A stretch of DNA of 64,000 bases from Alphaproteobacteria bacterium. Its GTDB lineage: Bacteria; Pseudomonadota; Alphaproteobacteria; JAAXGF01. Numbering within the stretch: the stretch's first letter is position 1; every line of letters starts with the position of its first letter. The stretch is from positions 2,368,001-2,432,000 of the forward strand of contig CAUVXB020000002.1 of assembly GCA_963555825.3 (NCBI GenBank). The letters run 5' to 3'. The translations under genes and the position numbers were made by a program. The notes below the pieces were generated by a model. It searched no databases and had not been told where the DNA came from. It saw only the letters and a list, made by a program, of their open reading frames with translations. Below are positions 32,374-43,970 of this stretch, piece by piece.

Positions 32374-33240
32374 ATGGAAGACATCGAAATGGCAGACATC
32401 AAAATGGAAGCGGCGATCTTCTTCGATTCACACGTCCCCAACGCGTTGCGACGGGCCCTGGAATACGCCGGAGACGACGGCTTCGTGGCGTCGATGCCGC
32501 AGCTGCTTCGCGCCCGAGCGAACGCGCCCTACGACAACATAATCTAGAACACGTGGTTCACCTCGAATTCCGAGGAAAGCGTGGTCAAGACACCGCAAGG
32601 ACAACGTGTCGTGGTGGCGGTCCATGGTGGTGGCATATACGCGTCACCGGAGCGGTTCGAGAGGACCTACCGTGCGAGTGTGAACCGTTCGAATTCGGAA
32701 GGCTTTACCGGGCAATACGCCGGCAAGATCAGCGAACGGGAAGCCAGCGACGTGCTGAACGGCAGGTTATCCGACGGCACCGAAATTCCGGTTTTCCCGT
32801 TCGATGAGTTCAAACGGGGAGTCGCCGACTTGCCGTGGCGCTATGCCGTCGTTTCGGATTTCGAGACGGTGAGAAAATCGACAAGAGGTTACGATCCTTT
32901 CGATGTCTTGAGGGATGAACCGAATATGATCGTCCGCGCCGGTGGAGTCGAGCCGTTGGCGGCGTATCTCGACAAGGCGCAGGCCCGTCACAATACGAAG
33001 GTGATGGGGAATTGGCACCCATACAACAGGATCGATCCGGATCAGCCCCAGACTCGCATACCGTTCCTGGCCGGCAACGAAGGTGGTATGTGCACCGAGG
33101 ATGACGACGACGATGACTATGGTTACGACGCGGAATACGGCATGGGTGGCGACGCCTGTGTCCACAACATGGCCCGCTACGTCGCGGTCGCGCCGCGCAA
33201 TGTGGCGACGAGTTTGCGATATCTGCCCTTCGCGACTTGA
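32374..33240 (+). pseudogene. Hypothetical protein gene with in-frame TAG at 32545
   Basis: Frame runs MEAAIFFDSHVPNAL...NAPYDNII*NTWFTSNSEESVVKTPQG directly into ORF 32581-33240. Confidence 0.7.
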
Positions 33241-33278
33241 GCGAACTCCCAGCGACAACCGCATGGCGCCAATACCCG

Positions 33279-34576
33279 ATGCCCAGCCAAGATCCTCTTC
33301 TTACCGACATGCGCCATGCCCCTGGATGGTACGCAATACTGCCGCCCCCGGCGCCGGCCAACCGTCTAAAGGGCCAGCAGACCGCCGACTGGGTCGTGGT
33401 TGGCGCCGGCGTCACCGGTCTCGCCGCCGCCCGCCGACTGGCTGAACTCGCGCCCGAGGCACGCATCATCCTGCTCGAGGAGTACCGGGTCGGATACGGT
33501 TCCTCGGGACGAAATTCGGGCTTCATCATCGACACCCCGTACCTCACCGAGCAACTCGGCGTCGACGCCAACCGGCGCATCTCACGGCTGGTGGTCGCCG
33601 GACTCGCCGAACTCGAAGGCCACGCCCGCAAGCACGCCATCGACTGCGAGTGGTCGCCGCGGGGGCACCTGACCGCGGTCGTCGAAAGCAAGCGGGAAAA
33701 AAGGCTCCACGCCTTGTGTCGCACGCTCGACGCCAGCGACGAGACGTACGAGTGGCTCGATGGCGATGCTCTCGCCGACGTGGTTGGGACGCGCCACTAC
33801 CACGCCGCCGTCAACACGCCACGCACGGTGCTGATAAACCCGGCGGCGCTGTGCCGCGGGCTGGGGGAAACCATGCCCGACAATGTCGAGGTTTGCGAGG
33901 AGTCACCGGTGCTCCGGGTCGAGCCTGGTTCGCCGGTGCGAGTTGAATGCGCCGAAGGCTCGATCAGCGCCGCGAATGTCTTGCTCACCACCAATGCGTT
34001 CATCACCAAGCTCGGTTTTCTGAAGGGCGATGTGTTCCCGATGATTTCCTGCGCGAGCCTTTCGCGACCGCTCACTGAAGACGAACAGGCGGCCATGAGC
34101 GGCGCCCCCGACTGGGGAATCACCGGCGGCGCGACGGTGCGGCGCACGCTCTCGAACCGTATGCTGGCCCGTCATGGTTCCTACTACACGGGCGACTTCC
34201 GCTTGAGCCCGAACATGCGAAGGGAGCTTCTCGCGTCGCATTTGAAAGGCCTGCGCGCGCGCTTCCCCATGCTCGACAAGCTGGAGTTTGAAACGACCTG
34301 GGCCGGCGTCTTCTGCATGACGCGGAACTGGGCGTCGATCTTCGGCCGGCTCGAGCGCGGCGTCTTCGCCTCCCTGGGCTATCCGGGATCGGCGTGCCCC
34401 GGGGCACGATCTCGGGCAAGCTGCTCGCCGAACACGCCCTGGGCTCAGAGTCGGACCTCAACCGCGACGTCCAGGCGCTTTCCGGTCCCAAGCGCCTGCC
34501 GCCCGAACCGTTTCTCGGTCTCGGGGTCCGTGCGCGTCTGTGGTGGTACCACTGGCGCAGCCGGGCCGAGTGGTAG
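33279..34576 (+). pseudogene. FAD-dependent oxidoreductase (DAO/PuuB-like) with a frameshift near 34385
   Basis: VVGAGVTGL, GSSGRNSG; the expected C-terminus GIGVPRGTISGKLLAE lies in another frame. Confidence 0.8.
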
Positions 34577-34767
34577 GGCCGCCGCGCCGACGAACCTCCG
34601 GCCGCAAATTCCGGAGAGGTCCGGCTTGGCCGGTCTCGATGAGCGGGCCGCCCAGATATTGAAGTCCAGGCGCCTCGCCTCAGATGGGATTCGGGCTTTT
34701 CCTTTGCACGTTTCCCGGTCTAGATTTTTGCTGGCGATCAGGAATTGGAAGCAGAGGGGGCGCCGGC

Positions 34768-35388
34768 ATGAACCGGCTAATCGATGCCTTTGAAGGGCTT
34801 TTTGCCGCCGCCACCATATCCGGTGGAGAATTGGCGGAAACGGCAAACTTAATCCTGAAAAATGTGAACTGGGCGGGCAAGCCGAACAAGCCTGAGCCAG
34901 TGAGCCATCAGGTTGTGGATACGCATCTGGAAATGGCCTGTGCTAATGCGGGACGGTATGGGTCGAGAGCTCATAGGGTTGCAGAATGCTTGTTGGCGGT
35001 GACGGATCAGTTAAAGTGGCGGGCACGCTCAACGGACCGTGACGACGGGCCCGATGTAGCCGTCTTTTCGCGCAATTTTGCTAGCGTTTCTATCATCGGC
35101 CAAAGAGGGCTGCTGCCATCAGACAAAGTTACTGCGGGATTTAGCCTTCAAGCGCCCGACACCTACTATCCGCCACATGCCCATCACGCAGAGGAAAGTT
35201 ACTGGATCATCGGCGGCGATGGCGACTGGAAGGTCGGTACGGAACCCTGGTTCGCCGTGGAGCCGGGTGATTCCATCTATCACGCGTCAGGAGCGCGTCA
35301 TGCCATGCAGACCAACGAGCAACCGTTGCTGGCGGTCTGGTTGTGGACCAGCCATTTGGACTCCGAGGTGATGATTGTCAGGGGTTGA
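34768..35388 (+). CDS. DMSP lyase-family cupin (DddL/DddQ-like)
   Basis: YYPPHAHHAEESY, HASGARHAM.T...PLLAVWLW. Confidence 0.7.
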   Translation: MNRLIDAFEGLFAAATISGGELAETANLILKNVNWAGKPNKPEPVSHQVVDTHLEMACANAGRYGSRAHRVAECLLAVTDQLKWRARSTDRDDGPDVAVFSRNFASVSIIGQRGLLPSDKVTAGFSLQAPDTYYPPHAHHAEESYWIIGGDGDWKVGTEPWFAVEPGDSIYHASGARHAMQTNEQPLLAVWLWTSHLDSEVMIVRG

Positions 35389-35609
35389 TCGCGATCATTG
35401 ATCCAGCATTTGATCCAATATCTTCATGCGATGCGGGCCGCAGAAGAAACCCGTGCGAACATTCCATCGGTTTTCACTTCTTCCAACTGACCTAACCCCA
35501 AATTATGTACCGACGGCTACGAATGCGATCCGCGTCGATGGGTAGGTGGGCCGCCGGGGACGAGAGCCGCTCCAGTCGCTCGGTCAGGCTGAACATCATG
35601 GCGCCGCCT

Positions 35610-35776
35610 ATCCGCTGCAAGCCGACGAGATTACGCCGCTAGAGGACGCCGTAAACCAGACCGACAAATGCAAGAGCAGCCTGCCTATTTATGAGAAGAT
35701 GATGGTCGCGAAAGACGCCATCGAAGGTCCGATCGTCGTCGCCGAGAAACGCAGGCCCGTGCGGAAGGGGCGATAG
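35610..35776 (+). pseudogene. Remnant C-terminus of an enoyl-CoA hydratase
   Basis: KDAIEGPIVVAEKRRPVRKGR resembles the crotonase tail ED..EG..AF.EKR.P.WKGR. Confidence 0.45.
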
Positions 35777-35778
35777 CC

Positions 35779-36636
35779 ATGCAAGCCAGACAATTGGGCG
35801 ATATCACCATCACCCGCATCCTGGAGTTCCATGCGCCCATGAACCGGCCGCGCGAATTCTTCGACGAAGCAACGCCCGATGCCGTCGCGCCCCACCGCGA
35901 CTGGCTCGAACCCTGGGCGCTCGACCCGGTGACGGGCAAGATGGTCATGGCCTGCCAGTCCTATCTGGTGCGCACGCGCCACCACACCATCCTGATCGAC
36001 ACCTGCGTCGGCTGCCACAAGTCGGTCGGGTGGGTGCCCGAGGGCTGGCGGCGCGACGACCGGACCTGGCTCGACAACCTGATCGCGGCCGGGGTCGGTC
36101 CCGGCGACATCGATTACGTCTTCTGCACCCACTTTCACTCCGACCACAGCGGCTGGAACACCCGGCTCGTCGACGGCCGCTGGGCGCCGACCTTCGCCAA
36201 CGCCCGCTACATCTTCGCCCGCGCGGAATACGCCGCCGCCGAGGCCGAGAACGACAGCGTGTTCCGCGAGAACGTGCTGCCCGTCATGGAGGCCAAGCAG
36301 GCCGTGCTGGTCGACATGGACTATGCGCTCGACGACCAAGTCTGGCTCGAGCCGACCCCCGGCCACACCACGGGCCACGTCTCCGTCAACCTCGCCTCGA
36401 AGGGCGCGCGCGCGGTCATGTACGGCGATTTGATGCACAACCCGATCCAGCTCGCCCATCCCGAATGGAGCCCCAGTTTCGACCACGACGGCGTCCAGTC
36501 GACGGCGACCCGCAAGGCCTTTCTCGACAGTCACTGCGAGACCGATACCCTGGTGCTGACGTCGCACTTCCCCTCGCCCTCGGTCGGCCGGGTGGTGCGC
36601 CACGCCGAACGCGCCTTCGACTTCAACTACGCGTAA
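35779..36636 (+). CDS. MBL-fold metallo-hydrolase
   Basis: THFHSDHSGWN, PTPGHT.GH, GDLMH, SHF. Confidence 0.9.
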   Translation: MQARQLGDITITRILEFHAPMNRPREFFDEATPDAVAPHRDWLEPWALDPVTGKMVMACQSYLVRTRHHTILIDTCVGCHKSVGWVPEGWRRDDRTWLDNLIAAGVGPGDIDYVFCTHFHSDHSGWNTRLVDGRWAPTFANARYIFARAEYAAAEAENDSVFRENVLPVMEAKQAVLVDMDYALDDQVWLEPTPGHTTGHVSVNLASKGARAVMYGDLMHNPIQLAHPEWSPSFDHDGVQSTATRKAFLDSHCETDTLVLTSHFPSPSVGRVVRHAERAFDFNYA

Positions 36637-36719
36637 CGTCCTGGGACGCCGTTAGATTCGACCCTCATGCCCTTAGCGGATTTCCTGCGCCGGACCGACC
36701 GCCTCGCTGTCGTTGAATG

Positions 36720-37726
36720 CTCGATCCGCCAGCGCCTCGCGTCTGAATCGTCGACTTCTAGAGCCCGGAAATGGCGGCCAGGCCGATGCCGCTTTCGCCA
36801 GCGCCGCAATAGAGCAGATAGATCTTGCGTCCGCGTCCTCGAAGACGCCGGGATCGCGCAGCTCTCGGACCCGTCGGTCGGCCGCGCCCATGATCGACGG
36901 CTCGGCGGGCAGGTCGGCGCCTTCCCACTCCAATTCCGGTTCAAGAACGGTGGCCGGGTCGCGCAGCGTCCAGTCGGTCCAGTGACGCGTCAGGTCGAGC
37001 TCGGCGTGGAGGATGTTTGACGGCCCCTCGCCGGCGGGGCTGTAGAAGACGTGCAGCCTGTCCGCCAGCCGAAGCACCGCGCCGTGCCCGCAGCCCCGGT
37101 CGATCCCGCCGCCGCCGCCCGAGGCCGTGATATTTGGCCCGCACTCGAACGGCCCCCTGCCACCGGAGCGCGCGCCGAAGTCCGCCGCCCGTGACGAGCG
37201 CATAGACGTGATTCCCATAGGCGAAGGCGCGGAAGTAGGGCGGACCGAGCAGCGGCTCCAGCGGTTCGAACGTGACGCCATCGCGCGAGGTGGCTAGCCG
37301 GGTCTGCTGGTCACCGTTCCACAGCAGACCGTGGTAGTACATGCGAATGCGTCGATCACCGTGGTCGACGTGAACGTCGGGCGAGGCGACGTGCGCATAG
37401 AGATACCCGCCCTTCAACTGCCCGGCCCAAGGCGGCCGGTCGGCTTCGGGCGGCTCCGGCGGATCGACGGGTTCGAACAGTGACTCCGCGACGTCGAGAA
37501 CGCCCGGCGTGTGCAGTGTCCAGGGACCGGTCAACGCGTCGGCGTAGGCCAGGCGAATGTAGGCGCCTTTGTGAGCCGCGAAATAGAGATAGTAGCGGCC
37601 GAGCCGGCCCTCGACCCAGTTCGGCACGCGGATCAGCGATGGACCGTTGATGTTGTCGCCGATGCGCGCATCCATGTTCGGACGGATGATCGGCTCGTCC
37701 AGAAGGCGGGTGACGGCGACCGGCAT
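36720..37726 (-). pseudogene. Beta-propeller glycoside hydrolase-like protein, frameshifted
   Basis: NINGPSLIRVP.W, YYLYFA.HKG.YIRLAY, HVASPDV; continues in another frame (VFYS..GE.P, LRDP.VF); 3' end approximate. Confidence 0.65.
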
Positions 37727-37889
37727 CCGCCCAAGCTAGCCGCAATCATCCATCACGGCCATCCGATTCGGCCAAGACGAGCCCCACCCAAGACCAAGCC
37801 CCGCCGCCGATCGCCGCATCGGCCAGTTCGGCAAGACAACACCGTCGACACGGTGTATGGCGAGTGGTCCTCATGGAGTGCTATCGGTC

Positions 37890-39573
37890 CAGACTGTGTA
37901 AGAACGTTTGCTGCGTGATCTGTACGGCGCGTCTTTGGCTTCGATGATCCGTCGCGGCGGGTATTCCGGGATTAAGGATTTTCGCCACTCGTGCGGACCT
38001 GTCGGCCGGCTGGCGCCGGTGTGAGCTGCGATTTGGCCGGATATGGGCGCAATTTGCGGCGCAGAGAGGCCTATGCGGTCCTCATCGCCGCGATCAGCGG
38101 GTCGATGCCCGTGATGTTCATGACGCGCTTGAGATTGTAGGCCAGCACGTGCAGGGCCATCTCGGTCCTCACCCGTTTCAGCGTCTTCGTCTGGAAATGC
38201 GTCGCGCCCATCCAGGACTTGATGGTGCCGAAGGGATGCTCGGCCGTCTCGCGCCGCCGACGCATCGCCTCCGGGTGCTCGTCGAGCCGCCTCTCGACGG
38301 CCTCGAGAACATGCTCGTGCTGCCAGCGGGTGATGCGGCGCTGCTTGGCCGTGGTGCAGCGATGCTTGATGGCGCATCCCTGACAGGCGTTGGTCCAGTA
38401 GCGCCGCATGCTCAGCCCCCTCTCCTGGCTGGTGAAGCGGTAGACCAAACGCTCGCCGGCCGGGCAGCGATAGACATCGTCGGCGGCCAGATAGACGAAG
38501 TCCTGTTTGCCGAAGCGGCCCTTGGCCTTGGCTCCAGAGGTCAGCGGCTTAGGCAATGTGACGGTGATGCCGGCCTCATCGCAGGCCAGAATCTCCTTGC
38601 CGTTGTAGTAGCCGCGATCGGCAACGACATCCAACTCGTCGGTCTCCAGAGCCGCCTTGGTCCGCTTCGCCATGGCTGAGAGCTGGGCGCGGTCGGTGCC
38701 CTGATTGGTCACCTCGTGGGCGACGATCAGGTGGTGCTTGGTGTCGACGGCGGCCTGAACGTTGTAGCCGACCACGCCGGAACCCCGGCCGCTCGTCGCC
38801 ATCGAGCGGGCATCGGGATCGCTCAGAGAGATCTGCTGGTCCGGGCTCGCACGCCGCTCGACTTCAAGCGCCTTCAGGCGCCGCATCTCCTCCTTGAGGA
38901 TCGCGATCTTGTCGGCCAGACGAGTCGTCTTGGTCGTGCGCGCCAGCGACGGCTCTTGCCGGTCGGCGCTGTCCAACTGGTCCAGATAGCGCGCAACGCT
39001 CTCCTCGATCTGCGCCACCCGCCGCGCCATCTTGGCCCGCGTGAAGTTCCTGTCCCGGCTGTTGACCGCCTTGAACTTCGAGCCATCGATCGCCACGCTC
39101 GCCTCGGCGAACAGCCCGAGTTGCCGGCACAGCGCGACGAACCGGGCGCAGACCTTGCGGATCGCACGGCCGTTGTCCTTGCGGAAGTCGGCGATCGTCT
39201 TGTGATCCGGCGCCAGCCGGCCGACCAGCCACATCACTTCCACATTGCGCCCGGCCTCCCTCTCGAGCCGACGGCTCGACTGAACCCGGTTGAGATAGCC
39301 GTAGATGTAGAGCTTCAACAAATCGCAAGGATGATAGGCCGGCCTGCCGGTCGCCAGCGGCTCGACCCGGTCGAACCCGAGGCCGCCAAGATCGAGCTCA
39401 TCGACGAAGACGTCGATCGCCCGAACCGGGTTGTCGTCGCCGATCCAGTCTTCCAGGCGCTCCGGAAACAACGTGCCCTGGCTGCGATCGACACCCTCGA
39501 CAAAACGCTTCATCAGACCCTCCCGCCAAAGCACGAGAGAATCATAACACCATCGACGTTTTTACACAGTCTG
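37890..39573 (-). mobile_element. IS1182-family element (transposase 38071-39513)
   Basis: GRPAY.P, SSRRLE, PDHKTIADFR, IDGSKF, ADRGY, EHPFGTIK; IR CAGACTGTGTAA/TTACACAGTCTG; TSD GGTC. Confidence 0.92.
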
Positions 39574-39731
39574 GGTCATTTGCAGACCTCCAGCGAGCTC
39601 GTCTCCGACGTCCGCTTTGGAGCGGCGAGCGGACCTAGAACGCGCGGCTCCCGAAATTCACGATAGGCACGTCCGCTTTCGGGCGCGAAGCAGACCCCGC
39701 GGCGTTTGCTGCCCAATGTCCGTTCCTGGCC

Positions 39732-39891
39732 GAGGCTGTTGAAGAAGTCGGTTGCGGAACCAAACTCGCCAATTTCCCGGAACCAATGAGAATTCGATTT
39801 CAATGAAATCAAAGGCTTAGGAAAACACCGATTTCGGAGAATTGGCAATTCAGGCTCAAAATGGATGTTTCGGGACTTTTTCAACAGCCTC
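39732..39891. mobile_element. 160-bp IS1182-type MITE
   Basis: IR GAGGCTGTTGAAGAAGTC/GACTTTTTCAACAGCCTC; GGCC/AGCC flanks; inserted in a hairpin loop. Confidence 0.75.
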
Positions 39892-40132
39892 AGCCAGGAC
39901 CGGACATTGGTGCAATTCATACAAGCAACCTTAATTCGGTACATCGCGACGCCGGTGGCCGCTGCCGTCATAGCGCACTATCCCGAAAAGGGAAGCCCAT
40001 CCAAGGAATGGAGGTAACCCGAACGGACTCTACTTGAAGTGAGCCGCATACGTTGGTTGAAGACATACACGGGAAGGGCAGCGTCGCGCCTGAGATGTGG
40101 TGTGTCATCATTTGGGTTCGACCCTTGCCGAC

Positions 40133-40846
40133 TCAGAACGCGTAAACCAGACCGAGTACCAGATCGTGGGAGGTGTAGTTGTCGGCGGTGATGCGGTCGC
40201 CTGTCGAGAACGCACCGGTGTCGATTTCGCCGAGGTTGATGTACCGGTAGCCTATTTCACCCACCCAATCCGATGTTATCGCGAAACGCAGGCCGGCGGC
40301 AGCGCTGAATGCGAAGTTGTTGACGGCGTTGTTCGTTTTCGGTCGTGCCAAGGAACTGCTGTCGCCGCGCTGGGAATCGGCGTGATTGCGTGACCATCCC
40401 AGGCCGACACCCAGATACGGTCGCCACCAATAGTCTGTGCTGATGTCAAGGTATAGGTTCAGCATGACGGTGTCGGATGTGACGTCGGTCTTGTAACCGA
40501 CCTTCGGCGGGCCACTCGCTACGGTATCGAAGTCGAGTTGGAAGCGGTGCGTGTACTCCAATTCGGTGCGAACTGGAAGGCCGTGCTTGCTCCAATGATA
40601 ACCCACCATTGCAGCACCACCGATCACCGCTTGGCGGTCGGAACCCAGATCGCCATCGCGCAGCCGGAAGACGCCTCCCGGGCCTCCCATGACCGTCTCA
40701 TCCTCGATCTGCGCCACGGTCGGAACGGCGCAAAAACCGGCGTACCATCCGAGATCGTTGACGTCGGCGAAAGCCGACCCGGTTGCGAGCACGCATACAA
40801 CCATGGCCGGTAGTACCACTACCGGATTCAAATGCCTTGAATTCAT
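40133..40846 (-). CDS. Outer-membrane beta-barrel protein (opacity/porin-like)
   Basis: Signal peptide, R.ELEY, MLNLY.D, PYLGVGLG, GYRYINLG, terminal Y.F. Confidence 0.85.
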   Translation of the reverse strand: MNSRHLNPVVVLPAMVVCVLATGSAFADVNDLGWYAGFCAVPTVAQIEDETVMGGPGGVFRLRDGDLGSDRQAVIGGAAMVGYHWSKHGLPVRTELEYTHRFQLDFDTVASGPPKVGYKTDVTSDTVMLNLYLDISTDYWWRPYLGVGLGWSRNHADSQRGDSSSLARPKTNNAVNNFAFSAAAGLRFAITSDWVGEIGYRYINLGEIDTGAFSTGDRITADNYTSHDLVLGLVYAF

Positions 40847-41064
40847 TGGAAAATCTACCCGAAAATCCCCAGATGGCCGCCGGCTCCGAGGGCCAAACTA
40901 CGCATTCGGGGTCCTGACCGCAACATGCGGCCGAATGCGCGAGGGCAGACCTTTCTGAAGATCGCTCTAATCGACCGGTGCAACCGACTCAAGGCAGGGC
41001 CCTCGACCACAAGATGCGTTCCAAACAATGGTCTGCTCAGTTTGAGGAAAGTCGGCTCTGGGTC

Positions 41065-41226
41065 CAGCCTGTGTGAAAACATCGGCAAATACCACTAATT
41101 GGAGAGTGTTAGGTCAATTCTTCTAGAGCACTCTCTGATAAGATGTTGATTTGGCTGAACTTAGAAATTCGAAAATTCAGAGAAAATCGCGCCGAGAGCA
41201 CTCGGGAGCAGTTTTCACACAGTCTG
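41065..41226. mobile_element. 162-bp IS1182-type MITE
   Basis: IR CAGCCTGTGTGAAAAC/GTTTTCACACAGTCTG similar to the ends of IS 37890-39573; same GGTC TSD. Confidence 0.8.
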
Positions 41227-41246
41227 GGTCATGTGTGGACGGCTCC

Positions 41247-41478
41247 GGTTTGGCAAGGATTGTTTTGAGGTTGCTGCAAGCTGGTCGGGTGCAGTCATGT
41301 GTCCGGCCTGTTGATGCGGTGCTCATGACCGCTGGCCCTAATGCGATCCGCGGGATCGGGTCCCAATCACAAGGACGCGCTTGATGCGCCGTGACCCAAA
41401 CGGGTTTTTCCGACCCTCGGTTCGACCGATTTTGCATTACCTCACGTTCACCCCGCCAATAACGTTGCCTTCGCCGCC
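41247..41478 (-). ncRNA. Candidate bridge/seek RNA region of the IS1111-type element
   Basis: ~230-nt non-coding segment downstream of the recombinase and inside the IR, where IS1111-type elements encode their guide RNA; positional inference only. Confidence 0.55.
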
Positions 41479-42519
41479 TTAAACTTCGGCTGGCGCCGGC
41501 TGGCGGTAGGGTTCGCCAGTGACCAGCACCGCCCAGGCGGTTCGGGCAATCTTGTTGGCCAAGGCCACGGCCGCGACCTTGGTCGGTTTTTGACGCACGA
41601 GGTCGCCCAGCCACGGGTTCTTCTCGAAGTTTGTCTTTCGTCCGTGTCGGATCACGGACATGGCGCCGGCGACCAGCAACCACCTGAGATATTGATCGCC
41701 CTGTTTGGATATCCGGCCCATGCGTTGCTTACCTCCGGTCGAGTCCTGTCTGGGCACCAGACCGATCCAGGCGGCCAACTCGCGGCCGGACTTGAAGACC
41801 GAAGGGTCCGACACCGAGGCAACCAGCGCCGTGGCGATAATCGGCCCGATGCCCGGTATGGTCTCGAGCCGCCGGCTGGCCTCGTTCGAACGATGCCAGG
41901 CGTGGATGCGCCGCTCGGCGACGGCGATCTCCTCGTGCAATGACATGAACTGTCTCGCCAGACCTTCGAGGCAGGCTCGCGCGATTGGTGGCAGCCGCTC
42001 ATCGTCGCCATCGGCGATCACCGCAAAGAGCTCTTTCACCCGCGGGATGCCGACCGGCGCGACGATGCCGAACTCGGCCATATGGCCGCGGATCGCGTTG
42101 ACCAGCATGGTCCGCTGACGGACCAGCAGCTCCCGGGTTCGGTGCACCATCAGAACACTCTGCTGCTCAGGCCCCTTCACCGCGACAAACCGCATGGTCG
42201 GCCGCGTCACCGCCTCGCAGATCGCCGCCGCGTCGGCCGCGTCGTTCTTGTTGCGCTTGACATAGGGCTTCACGTAATGCGGTGGCATCAGCTTGACCCG
42301 ATGACCCAACCCGATCAGTTGCCGAGCCCAATGGTGTGCCGTGGCGCAGGCCTCGATGCCAATCAGGCACGGCGGCAGCTTCTCGAAAAACGGCAAGACC
42401 CGGGACCGGCGCAGCTGGCGGCGGATCACCACGGTGCCCTCATCGTCAACTCCGTGGACCTGGAAAACGTTCTTCGCAAGATCAAGACCGATCGTGGTAA
42501 CTTCCATCTTGGGCGGCTC

Positions 42520-43970
42520 GGCGATGTCCCGCCCAATGTTGAAAAGTGCGAGATAGGCATCGTCTGATCGAGAGGCTACGCGGCCACCTCGATGTCTTCA
42601 ATGACGGACTTTGCTCCGGCCTTTCTCACCGCCTCCCGCAGGGCGGCGTCAAGGACGGGGAGCTGGCGGTAGGCCTTGAGGCGGCGGAAGGTCTTTTGCG
42701 CCTCCAAGAGGCCGGCGGCGGTCCAACGCAGCGCCATCTCGGCGTTGCGCCAGCGCTTGACGTTCCGCTGCACCGTCCGGACGGTGCCGATCGCGTTCTC
42801 GATGGCGTTGGTGCAAGCCAGCGAGTGTCGAAGTTGCGGCGGGAGGCCGAGCCGGATCACGGTCAGGATATCGTCCAGGCCCTCCAGGATCGAGCCCGAG
42901 ACGCCGGGTGCGTCATGCTCCAGACGGCGGGCGAGGTTGCGCAAGAGCCGTTCGGCCTTGGCCGCGTCGTCCTGCTGCCAGGCCTGCCGCAAGACCTTCC
43001 TGACGCCGGCATGGAGGCTCTCGTCCAGCCGGTCCGTGATGTTGCGCCCCTTGTGCACCTGGCAGCGCTGGAGGGCCGCCGCCCGCCCGAAGGTCCGCCG
43101 GATCGCCTTCGAGAGCGCCTTGGCGCCGTCGACGATGTAGAGCCGAGGCCGTTCGGGATCGAGACCGCGCTCGATCAGGTTGTCGAGCATGGCTTGCACC
43201 GTGGCCGCGTTCTCCGTCGCGCCCTCGGCCAGGCCCAGCACGTGCTTCGCGCCGCCGGTGTCGATGCCGATCGCCGCCACCATCAGGTGATCGCCGACAT
43301 GGAGCCCGTCGATCTGGAGCACCACGAGATCGAGATCGTCGAGCGGGCTCGCCAGCCAGGCCTTCAGCTTGCTTCGCGTCAACGCCACGAAACGGCGCGA
43401 GACCGCCGACTTCGAGGTTGCGTCACCCGATGCCGCCGGCAGATCGCCGCCCGCATCGTCCGGCAGGCGCACCGCGCGGGCATACTTGCGGGTCGAGACG
43501 TTGATCACCATCAGATTCATCGCCCAGGCTTGCAAGAGTTCGGGTTCCGACAGCAGCTCCCAACTCGGCAGGCTCATCTCCCGACCCGCGAAGTCCCGCA
43601 CCCGAGGGCGCTCGACCTTCACTTTGCCGCCGTGGTAGGCGATCTCGCTCCGGGTCGTGCCCCATCGATGGCCCTTGCGCTCGCCCGAGCGGGCGTGGCG
43701 CGAACCGCACAAGGCTTCCGCGTCCGCCGACATCATCTCGTTCAAAGACTCGAGGCCCGCCAAAAGGCAGAAGCGATCGACGCTCATGCGCAGATCGTCG
43801 AAGGCCTCCGGCATCGATGGCAAGAGCCGACAGGATGGTTCCGAGGAACGGTCGTTGCGTGTAGTCTTGGTCATGGCGTCGTTCTCCTTGATGGAATCAG
43901 CACCCAGAGCCTAGCGGCTCCAGGCGGACGACGCCTACTTCAGCTTTTCAACAGAGCCCGGGACATCCCC
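42520..43970 (-). mobile_element. IS256-family element (transposase 42576-43874)
   Basis: QIDG, GATEN, VDG.KAL, QRCQVHK, TNAIEN; IR GGCGATGTCCCG/CGGGACATCCCC; 8-bp TSD GGCGGCTC. Confidence 0.92.

Noticed and set aside
34620-35520. Hairpin-repeat flanks around the DMSP-lyase-like gene
   Set aside because: The gene is lower in GC like the other candidate cassettes, but I could not find convincing 24/25-bp hairpins on either side.
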